From Patescibacteria group bacterium (GTDB lineage Bacteria > Patescibacteriota > Patescibacteriia > UBA2196): 64,000 bases of DNA. The DNA is taken from positions 366 to 64,365 of the forward strand of contig JAQTPI010000006.1 in assembly GCA_028748975.1 (NCBI GenBank), given 5' to 3'. Position 1 is the stretch's first letter. The number at the start of each line of letters is the position of its first letter. Positions 28,600-37,790 of this stretch are shown here, one piece after another. The position numbers and the translations under genes are program-made. The notes under the pieces were generated by a model. The model was not told where the DNA came from. It ran no database searches and was given only the letters and a program-made list of their open reading frames with translations.

Positions 28600-28803
28600 A
28601 AACGGGTAATAAGTAATAAGTAACTAGTAATCAGGGGCGACGTTGCGACCATCTCCCCCTTAACAAGGGGGAGAGCGAGGGGGTAGATCGCCGATAGGCG
28701 AATATAATTATTTTTCTCCCTTTACTCTACCTTAATTTTCTAATAAAATCAAATAAAAAAGGCTGAGAACTTGACTCAGCCATAAATATCTACCAAACAA
28801 ACC

Positions 28804-29091
28804 TTAAAGCTCTAACGGATAAATTTGTATGTGATAAATCCATAAATTGGAAAAAATAATTTTCCATTCAAACATGTCCTGCCAACCAGGCCTTGATTTT
28901 TTAAACTCTTCTACTAGCTTCCAAATGTTTTCTCTATTTAAAAGTTCCTTTGCTTCTTTTTCCGCTTCTTCCAAATTTTTTGCTTTCAATGGCACCGTCA
29001 TTCCGTCTGGTTCACCCTTTATTAAATCTGCCTGGCGATTTTTGAAAGACCATTTAACCGTAAATTCAAGTTTCCATCCCGGCATTTCCAT
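28804..29091 (-). CDS. hypothetical protein
   Basis: GAGGA SD, promoter TTGACA-17-TAAGAT at 29123-29151. Confidence 0.65.
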   Translation of the reverse strand: MEMPGWKLEFTVKWSFKNRQADLIKGEPDGMTVPLKAKNLEEAEKEAKELLNRENIWKLVEEFKKSRPGWQDMFEWKIIFSNLWIYHIQIYPLEL

Positions 29092-29154
29092 TTATTCCTC
29101 CTTGGTTAATTTGTGTATCCTCATCTTATCTTAAGAAAAAAACATTGTCAAATA

Positions 29155-29190
29155 AAAAATAAAAACGCCGATCACTGGTGTGATCGGCGT
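29155..29190 (-). terminator. intrinsic terminator after Ubl gene
   Basis: ACGCCGATCAC-ACCA-GTGATCGGCGT followed by T-tract. Confidence 0.8.
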
Positions 29191-29210
29191 AACTTGAACG
29201 GCTGGTATGT

Positions 29211-29507
29211 CTACCGGCCGTTGCCCTTGATGAATTTCGTCATGATGACGGTGTCGTTGGCCGACACGGGCTGGTCCAGCATCGCCATCTTGGTCTAGTC
29301 GACGAGGGTCGTATTCCACCGCAGTTCAAACTCGTCGCCACGGCCGACTACCGGCAGGTCGATTTGTTCTTTCGGCCCGCGGGCGGTATTGGCCACTTCG
29401 ATCGCTTCGCGCAGTGTCGTTCCTTCTTCCACATTGACTTCGGTCAGTCGTCCCGGGAATTTCCCCAGACGCATCGGAAAGTACCCGTATGTCCCTGTTT
29501 TCGTCAC
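29211..29507 (-). pseudogene. ubiquitin-like (beta-grasp, MoaD/ThiS-like) protein with in-frame TAG at codon 71
   Basis: GTG start with AAGGAGG, G.FPGRL.EV.VEEGTTLREAI..., same frame continues past TAG (29295-29297) as TKMAMLDQPVSANDTVIMTKFIKGNGR. Confidence 0.75.
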
Positions 29508-29639
29508 TGTGAACCTCCTTGGTTTCCTGTTCTTGTTTGACCTCCCCAACACCACCCAATTTCTATTAATTTGCCTCTGTCATTCCCCCTTTCTTGGGCT
29601 AAGATGAGGATTTTAGATTATTTTTATTTTTGGCTAAAA

Positions 29640-29736
29640 ATTAAGGCTCCACTTCACCTTAGCGTAATAAAAAAAACTTGTCAAATATTAATTAAGGTTC
29701 TACTTTACCCTAGCGCAGTAAAAAAAGTTTGTCAAA
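29640..29736 (-). promoter_or_regulatory. tandem duplicated promoters for Ubl gene
   Basis: TTGACA-17-TAAGGT (29656-29684) and TTGACA-17-TAGGGT (29707-29735) in a 51-bp direct repeat. Confidence 0.75.
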
Positions 29737-30463
29737 CAATGGTAAACTTTCGGCTATAAATTTGGGTCAGAGGACGCAGACCGAAAATCATCTCATTTTC
29801 CAATTCATCCTCTTCACCATCCAAAATGCTTTGCCAGCGCATCATCTGCCAGATTGCCAGACCGGACAAAATGTCCGAAGTCGGACCCACGCTGGGTTCA
29901 GACCGGCAGACAGAAGGAGTGGCATCTTCATCGGTATAATGCAGTGTCTCTTCATAACCTGCGACGTGAGCCGGATTAATGGGATTGACAACGTAAATTC
30001 TGCCCTGGTCAGCGCCCATTCTGGTTTCAATCACCAGTTTGACATTGGGTTTGTATTTCAACGAACCATTCCAAATGTCCACGCGGGATTTCATGGTGTC
30101 GGTTAAGACGAAAACCACCTCTCCCAAAGTTTGGATACCGTCCACGAATTCGTCGTGAATGGTAATTTCGGTTCCGGTTTTCAAGCGGATCCATTCCCGC
30201 ATAGCCTCAATTTTTTTCTTGCCTACATCGCTTGGAAAAAACCTGGTGTTGGGCACGTTATGGTCCACCACCACGTCTGTGTCATAAAGCTCGATATTGG
30301 GTACGCCCAGTTCGGCCACGCCCAGGGCCGCTTTGGAACCAGTGGATCCACTGCCAATTATGGTCACGAGTTTCTCACCGAATTTATAGGGTGAAAACAC
30401 ACCCAAATGTCTGTTAACATCAAGAATTATTCTTGGTGTTGGTGTCGCTGTTGTTTCCGGCAC
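29732..30463 (-). CDS. ThiF/MoeB/E1-like adenylating enzyme
   Basis: IIGSGSTGS, YDTDVVVDHN, GKKK, TDTMKSR, ETRMG, single Cys (PSVC). GTG start with AAGGAGG. Confidence 0.92.
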   Translation of the reverse strand: MPETTATPTPRIILDVNRHLGVFSPYKFGEKLVTIIGSGSTGSKAALGVAELGVPNIELYDTDVVVDHNVPNTRFFPSDVGKKKIEAMREWIRLKTGTEITIHDEFVDGIQTLGEVVFVLTDTMKSRVDIWNGSLKYKPNVKLVIETRMGADQGRIYVVNPINPAHVAGYEETLHYTDEDATPSVCRSEPSVGPTSDILSGLAIWQMMRWQSILDGEEDELENEMIFGLRPLTQIYSRKFTIV

Positions 30464-30495
30464 GGTAACCTCCTTTTTTATTTTTAATCATGGCG

Positions 30496-31380
30496 TTAAT
30501 CGTATATGGTATTGTCTTCAAAACTGCCGCTTTTGTCAGCCAGATTGGTTCCTTGCTGAAAACCAACGGCCGCGGGGTCAGTACCGTAAGAACTGGTTTG
30601 ATAATACGGATAAACCGTTACTGGTTCCGGTTCTTTAATCACAATCTTATCTTTGATTACCTGCTGCCAATATTCGCGGCGAGCCGGATCAATCGGTTGG
30701 CGTTTGCCCAAAACTTCCCAAGGCGCATCCTCAATCAGTAAATTTTCTTCTATTAAATACAGGGTTACTTGCATCCGGCCGTCTTTATTAAAAATACACC
30801 GGATAAAATGGTCGTAGCAGTCCCCGACAAACTCATCCATTTGGTCCTCGTCCGGTCCGCTGGCAAATGTTCCCATATGAACATGGCAATGACCCCAATA
30901 GCGGATGGAGTTAAAAATCTCCGCGCCATTGGGACGGGTCAATATTTCTTGGGTAACCAACTCAGCTTGTCCACCCGGAGTCAGCTTGCATTCCGAACCG
31001 TGCACCTCTTGCCCGGGCACAAAAATCTCCTTGATGAAAAAATCTTGGCCCCGTTTCTCCACCCAACCCAAATTGCCGATTTCCACCCTCATTAAATCGG
31101 CCAGAATGAACTGGTCGTTGATAACGGTGGGGTCAAAATAGGTTATGGGAATATGCACATTTTGCGGCGGTGCGATAAAACTCACTTTTGGCACAAATTC
31201 ATGCTGTTTAAAATCTTTGGTCTTCCTGAATTTCTTTCGCCAACCCTTCCAGGTTCCTTTTTTCCAGGTTCCCTTGGTCCCGCCGCTTCCGACATAAATA
31301 ATTTTAGGCTCCTCTATTTTTTGTTCCGGTTTTGCCATCTCTGGTTTTGGGTCTGTCGCCACTTTGTCGGGCTTTGTCAT
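30496..31380 (-). CDS. JAB/MPN+ metallopeptidase
   Basis: upstream Glu (EIG) and WGHCHVHMGTFASGPD, matching HxH-x7-S-x2-D. Confidence 0.85.
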   Translation of the reverse strand: MTKPDKVATDPKPEMAKPEQKIEEPKIIYVGSGGTKGTWKKGTWKGWRKKFRKTKDFKQHEFVPKVSFIAPPQNVHIPITYFDPTVINDQFILADLMRVEIGNLGWVEKRGQDFFIKEIFVPGQEVHGSECKLTPGGQAELVTQEILTRPNGAEIFNSIRYWGHCHVHMGTFASGPDEDQMDEFVGDCYDHFIRCIFNKDGRMQVTLYLIEENLLIEDAPWEVLGKRQPIDPARREYWQQVIKDKIVIKEPEPVTVYPYYQTSSYGTDPAAVGFQQGTNLADKSGSFEDNTIYD

Positions 31381-31474
31381 TTCTTTTCCGTCCTTTCTTT
31401 TTTAAATCTTGGGTTAGAGGGGTTTAAATTGCGGGCGAGCGCTAGGTTTAACCCGGCGCCCGCCCCGCTGTTTT

Positions 31475-33445
31475 TTATTTTTTTGCCTTTTCTACAATTG
31501 GCCAGTTATCAATATGCTGGCCCATGGGATCGTTATAATTCGCCGATTCCAAAAAAACAATGCACATAATCAATAATGGCATGAAATCAAAACGGGCAAT
31601 CAATTGCGGTAAAACTTCTTCCATCTCGGCGCCCAGACAGGCATGGCCATCCTCAAATACGTGGGGAGCATTGTGTCCGCCTATCTTTTGCGTCAAATTA
31701 AAAAATCTGATTTGGTTGCAATCGCCATTAAGCGGAATAACAATCCGGAAAGCGCCAATCAAGTGTATTTGGTCTTTTCTCGGATGTTTGCAGAATAAAA
31801 TATCAGTATCCACTATTAACTGGTTTTTGATGCAGCTGACTTTTCTTATCTTTTCCAATTGCCGCATTTTTTCAAAATCAATGGCAAATTGCTTCCGGTA
31901 AACTCCGCCATCCTTCTTCTTGCCATCCGCCACCTCTTTTAAGGCATCGTATTTTCTAATCGCGGTCACCAGTTGGATTTGCAAACTGTTTACCCGGTTG
32001 GCCACTTCCGTCAATTCTTCCTTGGCGTCCTTAATAATTGACTCTTTATTTTGCAGACAAGTGTTGGCGTAGGCCTGTCCTTGTGCTGTCCGCATCTTGG
32101 CTTCCTGTTTTTGTCTTTCCGCTGTTGTGCTTGTTAAAAGACTGGCCACGGCTTGCATCAACTTTTTAAAAATCTTTTTATATTCTTCGTCCGCTCCCAA
32201 AATAGGGAAGGGAATATAAAGATTTCTGCCCGCTATGATTTGTCCGGCCTCTTGGCCGTCCTCATCATATATTATTTTCCCTTCGTTGGTAATCTGAAAA
32301 GATCCGCTTTTGGTTGGCAGAGGAATTCTCCAAAGCTGTTTGGGTGTTAAAAACCCCTGTCTGATGCTTTCCGTTGGCGCGGCAAAAAAATAAATATGAA
32401 ACATGTTGTCATAGCGCGGCAGGTCTCTCATCCGAAACTCGCCTCCGCCGTTATGCAAACAGATGCTCCGCCTAATCTTTGTCATTAATTCCCGGCTGAT
32501 GATGGGCGCGTAAACACGCCTGACTAATTCCAGCTCTCTGCTGTTAAAACCCCCAGAATCAATTACCATCGACCTGTCTATCTCTATGCCCTCCAGTTTT
32601 TTGGAGTCTTTCTTTTTTTCCGGTTCCACTGCTTTAACTGGCCGCCGAAACCTTTTCAGTTGGGAAAAAACTTCCGGCGCCACCACCGCTTCCAGAATTT
32701 TTCTAAAAATAGTAAGTTCTGACTCGCGGCCATAATGACACAGGTCGTGAAAAATATAAAGAGTGTTTTCGCCCACCAGCTCGGCCACCGCATATCTTTT
32801 GTCTCTAATCACTATGCCTTGGCCGCTGGGTGCGAAAGATTCATCATCACAAGCCACCCTTGTTCCCCAAATCTTCTCAGGTGTCTGGGTTTCCGTGTCA
32901 CCGCTTTCTGACGGGGCCGACCAAATGCGGATATGGAAAACATCGCCTTCAGCCGGGCTGGTATGTTTTCGATGCGGCACGCTGATGACAATTTCTGTTC
33001 CAATTTTTGGTAAAAGAATTTCTTTGGCTAATTTACGAAATCGGCTGCTGCCCTCGCCGTTCCAATCTTTGATTTTCACCTGGCAATCAGCGCCTCTGTC
33101 TTTTTTTGAATTATCAAAAATTACTCTTTGTATGATTCTTTTTTGTTCCTTGGTGATGGCCGAAGTGTTTTTCCACCATTTTAAATCATCGCCCTTGGCA
33201 TATTCCGGATCCAAACCGGTTATCTCCGCAATCTCCAGTTTAAAAACTCCGGTGATCTCGGTTGGTAATTCTGCCAAACTCATTTTTTTTAGGGCTCTTA
33301 ATCCCTGGCTTAACTGTGTTTCGTCCAAAACAATGCCTTTTTTACTGCCCATCTCAAAGTCGGCAAAAATGACCTTTTGGGCATTTAAAGCCGCTTTTTT
33401 ACTCTCGTCAATAGCTGGCAAAAAATAATTTCTCACCACTTCCAT
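31475..33445 (-). CDS. coiled-coil/E2-like protein, paralogue 1 (Cys603 retained)
   Basis: duplicated internal module, heptad region, C-terminal APHVFEDGHACLG. Confidence 0.75.
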   Translation of the reverse strand: MEVVRNYFLPAIDESKKAALNAQKVIFADFEMGSKKGIVLDETQLSQGLRALKKMSLAELPTEITGVFKLEIAEITGLDPEYAKGDDLKWWKNTSAITKEQKRIIQRVIFDNSKKDRGADCQVKIKDWNGEGSSRFRKLAKEILLPKIGTEIVISVPHRKHTSPAEGDVFHIRIWSAPSESGDTETQTPEKIWGTRVACDDESFAPSGQGIVIRDKRYAVAELVGENTLYIFHDLCHYGRESELTIFRKILEAVVAPEVFSQLKRFRRPVKAVEPEKKKDSKKLEGIEIDRSMVIDSGGFNSRELELVRRVYAPIISRELMTKIRRSICLHNGGGEFRMRDLPRYDNMFHIYFFAAPTESIRQGFLTPKQLWRIPLPTKSGSFQITNEGKIIYDEDGQEAGQIIAGRNLYIPFPILGADEEYKKIFKKLMQAVASLLTSTTAERQKQEAKMRTAQGQAYANTCLQNKESIIKDAKEELTEVANRVNSLQIQLVTAIRKYDALKEVADGKKKDGGVYRKQFAIDFEKMRQLEKIRKVSCIKNQLIVDTDILFCKHPRKDQIHLIGAFRIVIPLNGDCNQIRFFNLTQKIGGHNAPHVFEDGHACLGAEMEEVLPQLIARFDFMPLLIMCIVFLESANYNDPMGQHIDNWPIVEKAKK

Positions 33446-33601
33446 GCTTCTTCCTCCTTTTAAGCTGGGTTTTTAAGGTTCATCTTCACTGTTTTTAGTG
33501 AATAGCTAACCTTAGCAAAACTAAAAAACCTTGTCAAGTAATAAAATAAATAAAAAACGGTCTGCTTTGCCAGCAGGCCGTTATCTTGAAAACATTTATT
33601 T

Positions 33602-35563
33602 TTATTTTTGTTCCGTAACTATTGGCCAGTCCGCCACCCGCTCTCCGGCGCTCGCCTGGCCCTCTGCCGTTTCCAGAAAAATAAGACACATGGTTATCAA
33701 TGGTCCAAAATCAAACCGGGCGATTAATTGCGGTAAGATTTCTTGCAGCTGGCTGCCAAAGTAAGCCTGGCCATCCGGCGCCACGTTGGGAGCATTAAAT
33801 TCGTTAACCCGCCGTGTCAGATTAAAAAATCTGATATCCTCGCAATTGCCCCAAAAAGGGATAAAAATCTGGAAAGCGCCAATCAGGCGTGTTTCTTTTT
33901 TGCTGTAGAAAAGAGTGTTGGTCTCCACTATAAGACAATCCGGGGTGAAAGTAATCTGCCTTATCTTTTCCAGTCGCCCCATTTTCTCAAAATCAGCGCT
34001 AAACTTCTCTTGGTCGCCACCCTTTCTTTTGCCCTCGGTTGCTTCCTTCAGCGCATCATGCTTTCTGATGGCCGCTATCAACTGTGTTTGAAAATTTTTG
34101 ATTTGCCTGGTAATATCCACAAACTCAGCCGCGGCATCTTTCTTGATCAAATCTTTATACTGCCAACAAATGGCGGCATAAGCTTTTCCTTTGGCTGCCC
34201 GCATTTCTTCTTCCCACTGCTGCCTTTCCGCTGCCGTACTGGTAAAAAGCCTGGCCACTTCTGCCATTAAACAGGTAAAAATCCGTTGCAATGTTTTTTG
34301 GTCGGAAAATAAAAAAAATGGAATATAAAGATTTCGGCCGCCGATAATTTGCCCGACTCTTTGTCCAGCATCATCATAAACCATTACCCCTTCCCTGGTA
34401 ATCGGGCAAGGGTTATTCCCGGCCGGCAAACTAATGCCCCATAATTTATTTGATGAAGAAAATTGTCTGCCCGCCATTGAATTGGTAAAAAATATATGAA
34501 ACACCTCGTCATAAAAAGGTAATGGCTGTTGTCTTATGCTCCTATTTTTATGCAGGCAAACGCCGCGCTTAATTTTTGCCATTAATTCCCGCGCGATAAT
34601 TGGAGCATAAACTTTTCTAGCCAAAGCGCATTCTTCTGAGCTAAACCCCGGTAATTCCATCGTCAGTGTTTTATTTATATCTATTTTTTTGCTTTCCAAT
34701 TCTTTTGATTTTGTTTCTTTTTTTACTGGAGCTGGCCGCCGAAACCTTTTCAGTTGGGAAAAAACTTCCGGCGCCACCACCGCTTCCAGAATTTTTCTAA
34801 AAATAGTAAGTTCTGACTCGCGGCCATAATGACACAGGTCGTGAAAAATATAAAGGGTGTTTTCGCCCACCAGCTCGGCCACTGCGTAGTTGTTTGTCTT
34901 GTCTTTAATAACTAGGCCAAGGCCGCTCGCTGGAAAAGATGCGTCACCGCAAGCCACTTCTGTTCCCCAGATAGTTGGGGGTGTGCGAACCTCTCTGGAT
35001 CCGCTCTTCAATGGTGCCGACCAGATGTAGATATAAAAATTATCATCTGCAACCGGTTCTTTTTGGTCTCCATGTGGCACGCTGATAAAAATGTTTGTTT
35101 TAATTCTGGGCCAAAGAATTTCTTCGGCTAGCTGGCAATAATCTTCGCTGTTACTGCGTCCGTCCCAATGATCAACTGTCACAAAACCCGACCCATCCTC
35201 CTCTTCTATTGTTTCTTCTTTTTTCAAACTCTCACCAATCTTTTCCTGTAAAAATCTCCGTTGCTCTGCCGCCAGGGTGTAGCTATTTTTGCACCACCTC
35301 AAATCATCGCCTTGGGCATATTCCGGATCCGCCCCTGTGATGTCAATGGTCAAAAGCTTGAAAGCTCCCTCAATCCCGGTGGACAGTTCCGCCAAGATTG
35401 CTTTGTTTAAAGCTCTCAATCCCTGAAGTAATTGGGTTTCGTCCAAAATAATGCCCTGTTCGCCTCCCAGTTCAAAATCGGCAAAAATGACCTTGTGGGC
35501 GTTTAAAGCTGTTTTTTGTGCCGCATTGACAGCTGCTAAAAAATAGCTTCTGACAACTTCCAT
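33602..35563 (-). CDS. coiled-coil/E2-like protein, paralogue 2 (catalytic His/Cys lost)
   Basis: alignable over full length to neighbours, motif is APNVAPDGQAYFG. Confidence 0.72.
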   Translation of the reverse strand: MEVVRSYFLAAVNAAQKTALNAHKVIFADFELGGEQGIILDETQLLQGLRALNKAILAELSTGIEGAFKLLTIDITGADPEYAQGDDLRWCKNSYTLAAEQRRFLQEKIGESLKKEETIEEEDGSGFVTVDHWDGRSNSEDYCQLAEEILWPRIKTNIFISVPHGDQKEPVADDNFYIYIWSAPLKSGSREVRTPPTIWGTEVACGDASFPASGLGLVIKDKTNNYAVAELVGENTLYIFHDLCHYGRESELTIFRKILEAVVAPEVFSQLKRFRRPAPVKKETKSKELESKKIDINKTLTMELPGFSSEECALARKVYAPIIARELMAKIKRGVCLHKNRSIRQQPLPFYDEVFHIFFTNSMAGRQFSSSNKLWGISLPAGNNPCPITREGVMVYDDAGQRVGQIIGGRNLYIPFFLFSDQKTLQRIFTCLMAEVARLFTSTAAERQQWEEEMRAAKGKAYAAICWQYKDLIKKDAAAEFVDITRQIKNFQTQLIAAIRKHDALKEATEGKRKGGDQEKFSADFEKMGRLEKIRQITFTPDCLIVETNTLFYSKKETRLIGAFQIFIPFWGNCEDIRFFNLTRRVNEFNAPNVAPDGQAYFGSQLQEILPQLIARFDFGPLITMCLIFLETAEGQASAGERVADWPIVTEQK

Positions 35564-35795
35564 GTTTCTGCCTCCTTTTCCATTAAATTTTTAAGGTCTG
35601 TTTGCTTCACTCTACTGGTGAATATTTCAGCTTAGCAAAACTTATCCCGCCTGTCAAGTTTATTTTCTAAATAAAAATATAACAAAAAATAAAAAAACGG
35701 TCCAATAATTCGCCAGTTAGCGAATCGGACCGTTTGTTGAATTTTGAATTTTTATTATTTTTCGCTCAGTTTAAATATTTAAATCCAGACGAATC

Positions 35796-37790
35796 TTAGC
35801 TGGTTTTGCGTTTTCCTTTGTCCGCTTCCTCTTGTCCTGTTTTTACCAGCGGCCATTGATCAACATGTCTGCCGATATCATCAAGGTTCGCTGATTCCAA
35901 AAAAATAATGCACATAATAACAATTGACGTGAAATCAAAACGAGCCATCAGCTCTGGTATAATTTCATGCATCTCCCTGCCCAGACAGGCATGGCCGTCA
36001 GCATATACGTGGGGAGCGTTCATTCGGCTGTCATGCGCATTAATCAGCTGTGTCAAGTTAAAAAATCTGAGATCATTGCAGCTGCCCTTAAAAGGAATAA
36101 CGATCTGAAAAGCGCCGATCAGGCGTATTTCTTTATTAGTAGGGTGCTGGTAATAAAGAATATCAGTCTCCACAATCAGGTGGGTCTTGGTGAAAGAAGC
36201 CCATCTTATCTTGTCCAGTTGCCCTATTTTCTCAAATTCAGCGGCAAATCTCTCTTGATATAATTCTTTGCCCTCCTTTTTGTCCTCAACTACTCCTCTT
36301 AAAATATCCTGCCTTCTGTTGGCCGCTACCAATTGCGTTTGCAGATTTTTTATTTGGCTACCAGTCTCAGTCAGTTCCTGGCCGGCAGTTTCTTTTTTAA
36401 TTTTGGCAAGAATCGCCTCTTTGTAGTTTTGGCAAACACGAGCATAAGTTATTTTTTGAATTGCCATCAGCCCGGCTTCCCGCTGCTGCCTTTCGGCCGC
36501 CGTGCTCTTTAAAAGCCAGTTTACTTCTTCCAATAAACGAATAAAAAACTCTTTGTTTTCTTTGGTCTCAAAAGTTAAATAAAAAGGAAGGTAGAGATTG
36601 TTGCCATTAATGAGCCAAGCCACGACTTGGCCTTGGTTGTCATAAATCGCCCTTCCCTTGTTTAAGATCACTAGGGAGTTCTTGGGGTTATCCAATTTTA
36701 TGTTGATTCCCCAAGGCGTCGGTGGACTCAATGGCGCGTTTTTAATTGCCAGTCCCGGCGAGGCTCCCAAAAAAACATGGAACATATTATCATAAAAAGG
36801 CTGAGTTTTTTTGCCAAATTCCCCGCCATGTAAACACACGTTTCTTTTAATGACTGGGGTCAGCACCTGTTTAACTATCTTGGCTGCTTCTCCGTAAAGT
36901 CTTTCAAAAAAAATTCGTGAAGAAAAATCATTTGCGCCAGCTATGAAAACTTCTTGATCCAACCAATCAGCTGGTTTTTTTTCTTTTTCTTTCACTGCCA
37001 AGGCCTCAATAATAGCCATGGTTCTGGCGATTCCCTCTTCAAATATTCTTAACTCGTTTTCATCCCCGTTGTGGCTACAAATATCATGATGAAAATACAA
37101 ATTATTCATGCCGATTAATTCGGCTACCGCGTAGCCCGTGGCTTCATCCACCAGCGAAACTCCCAGACCACTGTCCACCGTACCAATACCACGATCTGAC
37201 ACTTCAATTCCCCAAATACTCTCCGGGGGACTCTTTGTGTTATGGCTTCCGCAACTGGGAGCGGCATGAAGGTGGATATAAAAATCCGAACCCAAAATCG
37301 GATCTGTCCAACCAGATTGTTTATGGATCTGGACCTTCTTTTTTATTTTTGGAGTTATGTTCTTCATTGCCAGCCGGGTAAAAGAATTGTCATCCGGCCA
37401 TTTCCGCCAATCTTGCCGAGCCGCCTTAATCCAATTTATTTCTCCTTCTCGCTCTTGTTCCGGCGGACATAAATAATTAAATAATAATTCCTTTGCCGCC
37501 TCCGGAATCTTCAAAATATTTTTGTACCAGTTCAATTCCTCTCCGGCTTCATAACCAGCATCGGGTTCCATCGGAACTAACAGAGTTTGATAAACTCCTC
37601 TCGCCCCAGTTGGTTGTTCCCAAAGTATGGCTTTTCGCAGCCGCAGTAAACAATGTTTAATTTGTGTCTCCTCAACCAAAATTTTTTGTCCATCTCCTGG
37701 TGTGACTCTGGAAAATTTCACGCCCTGCTGGGTTAAAAATGCCTCTTCCTCTCTGGTTACCATTAAAAGGAATTTTTTTGGTTCTTCCAT
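35796..37790 (-). CDS. coiled-coil/E2-like protein, paralogue 3 (Cys602 retained)
   Basis: C-terminal APHVYADGHACLG, same architecture. Confidence 0.75.
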   Translation of the reverse strand: MEEPKKFLLMVTREEEAFLTQQGVKFSRVTPGDGQKILVEETQIKHCLLRLRKAILWEQPTGARGVYQTLLVPMEPDAGYEAGEELNWYKNILKIPEAAKELLFNYLCPPEQEREGEINWIKAARQDWRKWPDDNSFTRLAMKNITPKIKKKVQIHKQSGWTDPILGSDFYIHLHAAPSCGSHNTKSPPESIWGIEVSDRGIGTVDSGLGVSLVDEATGYAVAELIGMNNLYFHHDICSHNGDENELRIFEEGIARTMAIIEALAVKEKEKKPADWLDQEVFIAGANDFSSRIFFERLYGEAAKIVKQVLTPVIKRNVCLHGGEFGKKTQPFYDNMFHVFLGASPGLAIKNAPLSPPTPWGINIKLDNPKNSLVILNKGRAIYDNQGQVVAWLINGNNLYLPFYLTFETKENKEFFIRLLEEVNWLLKSTAAERQQREAGLMAIQKITYARVCQNYKEAILAKIKKETAGQELTETGSQIKNLQTQLVAANRRQDILRGVVEDKKEGKELYQERFAAEFEKIGQLDKIRWASFTKTHLIVETDILYYQHPTNKEIRLIGAFQIVIPFKGSCNDLRFFNLTQLINAHDSRMNAPHVYADGHACLGREMHEIIPELMARFDFTSIVIMCIIFLESANLDDIGRHVDQWPLVKTGQEEADKGKRKTS

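Noticed and set aside
29295-29297. Genome-wide amber or opal recoding as explanation for the Ubl stop
   Set aside because: TAG ends dnaA, infB, ftsK and ruvC, TGA ends the PBP and E1 genes at expected positions, and core genes have no internal stops.
29732-30463. ThiF/MoeB for thiamine or molybdopterin synthesis
   Set aside because: No thiG/moaE or other cofactor genes nearby, no Zn-binding CxxC pairs, and the neighbours are JAB and E2-like genes.
32763-33428. 221-aa plus-strand ORF and similar long antisense ORFs
   Set aside because: They lie antisense to well-supported genes, have no SD or motifs, and are typical shadow frames.
32638-34882. DGR template/variable repeat pair
   Set aside because: Both copies are coding and mid-gene, differ at one synonymous site, and no reverse transcriptase is present.
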